Shown piece after piece: positions 62,498-64,000 of a stretch of DNA of 64,000 bases. Below the pieces are notes generated by a model. It was not told the DNA's origin. It searched no databases and was given only the letters and a program-made list of their open reading frames with translations. This stretch comes from Camelus dromedarius. Taxonomy: Eukaryota. How positions within the stretch are numbered: the first letter of the stretch is position 1; the number at the start of each line of letters is the position of its first letter. Made by a program: the position numbers and the translations under genes. Location: positions 85,996,001 through 86,060,000 of the forward strand of contig NC_087436.1 in assembly GCF_036321535.1 (NCBI RefSeq), read 5' to 3'.

Positions 62498-64000
62498 ACC
62501 TATTATTTATAACTTAGATGATTAATTTCTTGAATATGTGTAAGCACATTTGACTGTCCTTTATGATTGGATTACCACATTCTGTTGATTCTTATTTTGT
62601 GGTTGGCTTTATTCCTTTGATAACTATGTAAGTTTAAAAAGCTAAAGCTCTAAACTATTCTTAGAAACAATGATCAGTACATATATGTAAACTAAAAAAA
62701 ATGGGCAGTATATTGTATATATGTATTTACATGCAATATATTGTATATGTGCAGTCAAATTGTAACAATACTACCTAATAAAGCTGAAAAATGAAAAAAA
62801 ATGTGATAGCAGTCTTTGCGTATTATAAGCATATTCATTATTATGATTAGACCTCAGACTCTGATTGGCTAATGACTTTCCCCAGCAAAACCAACTTATG
62901 AATTTTTTCTGATGATCTAGTTGGTCCACGCATCATATTTATGGAGCATCAACCCTATGCAGGTGCAGGATTTCTTATCATAATCTGAGTAAATTCCTGC
63001 AATCTAGTCTAAGCAACAGGGATAGAACTACAAGGAGCTGGACTGGTTGGTTTTTCTTAATGCAGTATCATGTACAAAACTCTACATTTAAAAAGAAAAA
63101 TCAATAAAAGGCTCCTCTAATGTATTAAAAAAAAAACTGGATTTATGATCATTCTAGTTAGAACTTTTCAGGAGTTCAGCTAAACAGATTTTGACCCTTA
63201 AGTCTTTATTGAAAGCCAATTGTTAGTTTATAAAAACTTCCCTTCAGATTCTTAATTACTATTGTTATAAACACAATGATTTGGCAACAGAAATGGAATA
63301 AATCATGTTTAAGGGAAAAGGAAAGATAAACTGTTGGGGAGAGAAAAGGAAGTAGAAGGAAAATGCCCTTTTCCAGCAGAAAATGATATTATTGTTATTC
63401 TAAAAAATAACAATTTTCACCAAGAGCTCTCCACAGTTTCAAGATGCTAACAAGGAAAGGCTTGTTCACAATCAGAAACATCAGAATCAAGATAGTGACA
63501 CTATTTAAAGGAACTCAGCATGAGGAAATTCTAGATTTCCTGGAGCATTTAATGCCAGCTCCCAGTGGTTCAGAATGAGAACAGAGTATAGCAGGACCAC
63601 AACAAGGTGAGGCCAGTGAGATGCCTCTGGTGCAAAATTTAAGGAGGCACTCAGGATTCCCGGCTCTGTGGAGGTCCCCTGGTCCCCATTCTACAGTACA
63701 GCTACAAGGATAAAGAATTTCCACTGTAGTGTCATTAACACAGAAGCGCGCTATGAAGTGGCCAGCCCTCAGCTGGAGCAAAACCCTTGTGTGCCGCCCT
63801 CCTCGCTGAAGCACGCCTCTGTGGATGGACTGGGTTCTTTGCCAAGTAGCCCCCATCGAAACCTAACCAGAGTTCTGAATCTGGAGAGGAATTGAGACTA
63901 AACAACGTTTGCTTATTCATACCAGAAGTGGAACAAATTCTCAATCTTAGTGAGGTAAAAGTCAGTGTTTCTGAGAAATTCACCCCAAGTTCCACAAATA

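Overview
Mammalian, repeat-dominated non-coding (intergenic or intronic) DNA, most likely camelid. The lineage call rests on six tRNA-derived SINEs resembling Vic-1 and on cetartiodactyl-type L1 3' ends. I recognise no intact host protein-coding gene. Main features: (1) a full-length ~7.1 kb LINE-1 (38097-45207, +) with a perfect 15-bp TSD, CpG-rich 5'UTR, disrupted ORF1/ORF2 and a 404-bp inter-ORF spacer; (2) an OSTC processed pseudogene (30470-~32221, +) with its own TSD, a nested L1 in its 3'UTR and an unexpectedly CpG-rich 5' part; (3) a MER41-like solo LTR carrying a STAT GAS motif; (4) an ancient MER121-like element next to an inverted partial copy; (5) several nested, inverted or chimeric L1 insertions, including one that splits a SINE. 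There are also many MaLR LTRs, L2, MIR and DNA-transposon relics. Repeat family names come from recalled consensus features, not a database search. I cannot demonstrate a new biological system. The best leads are the CpG-rich retrocopy, the L1 spacer architecture, the chimeric L1 inside a SINE and the MER121-like inverted pair.
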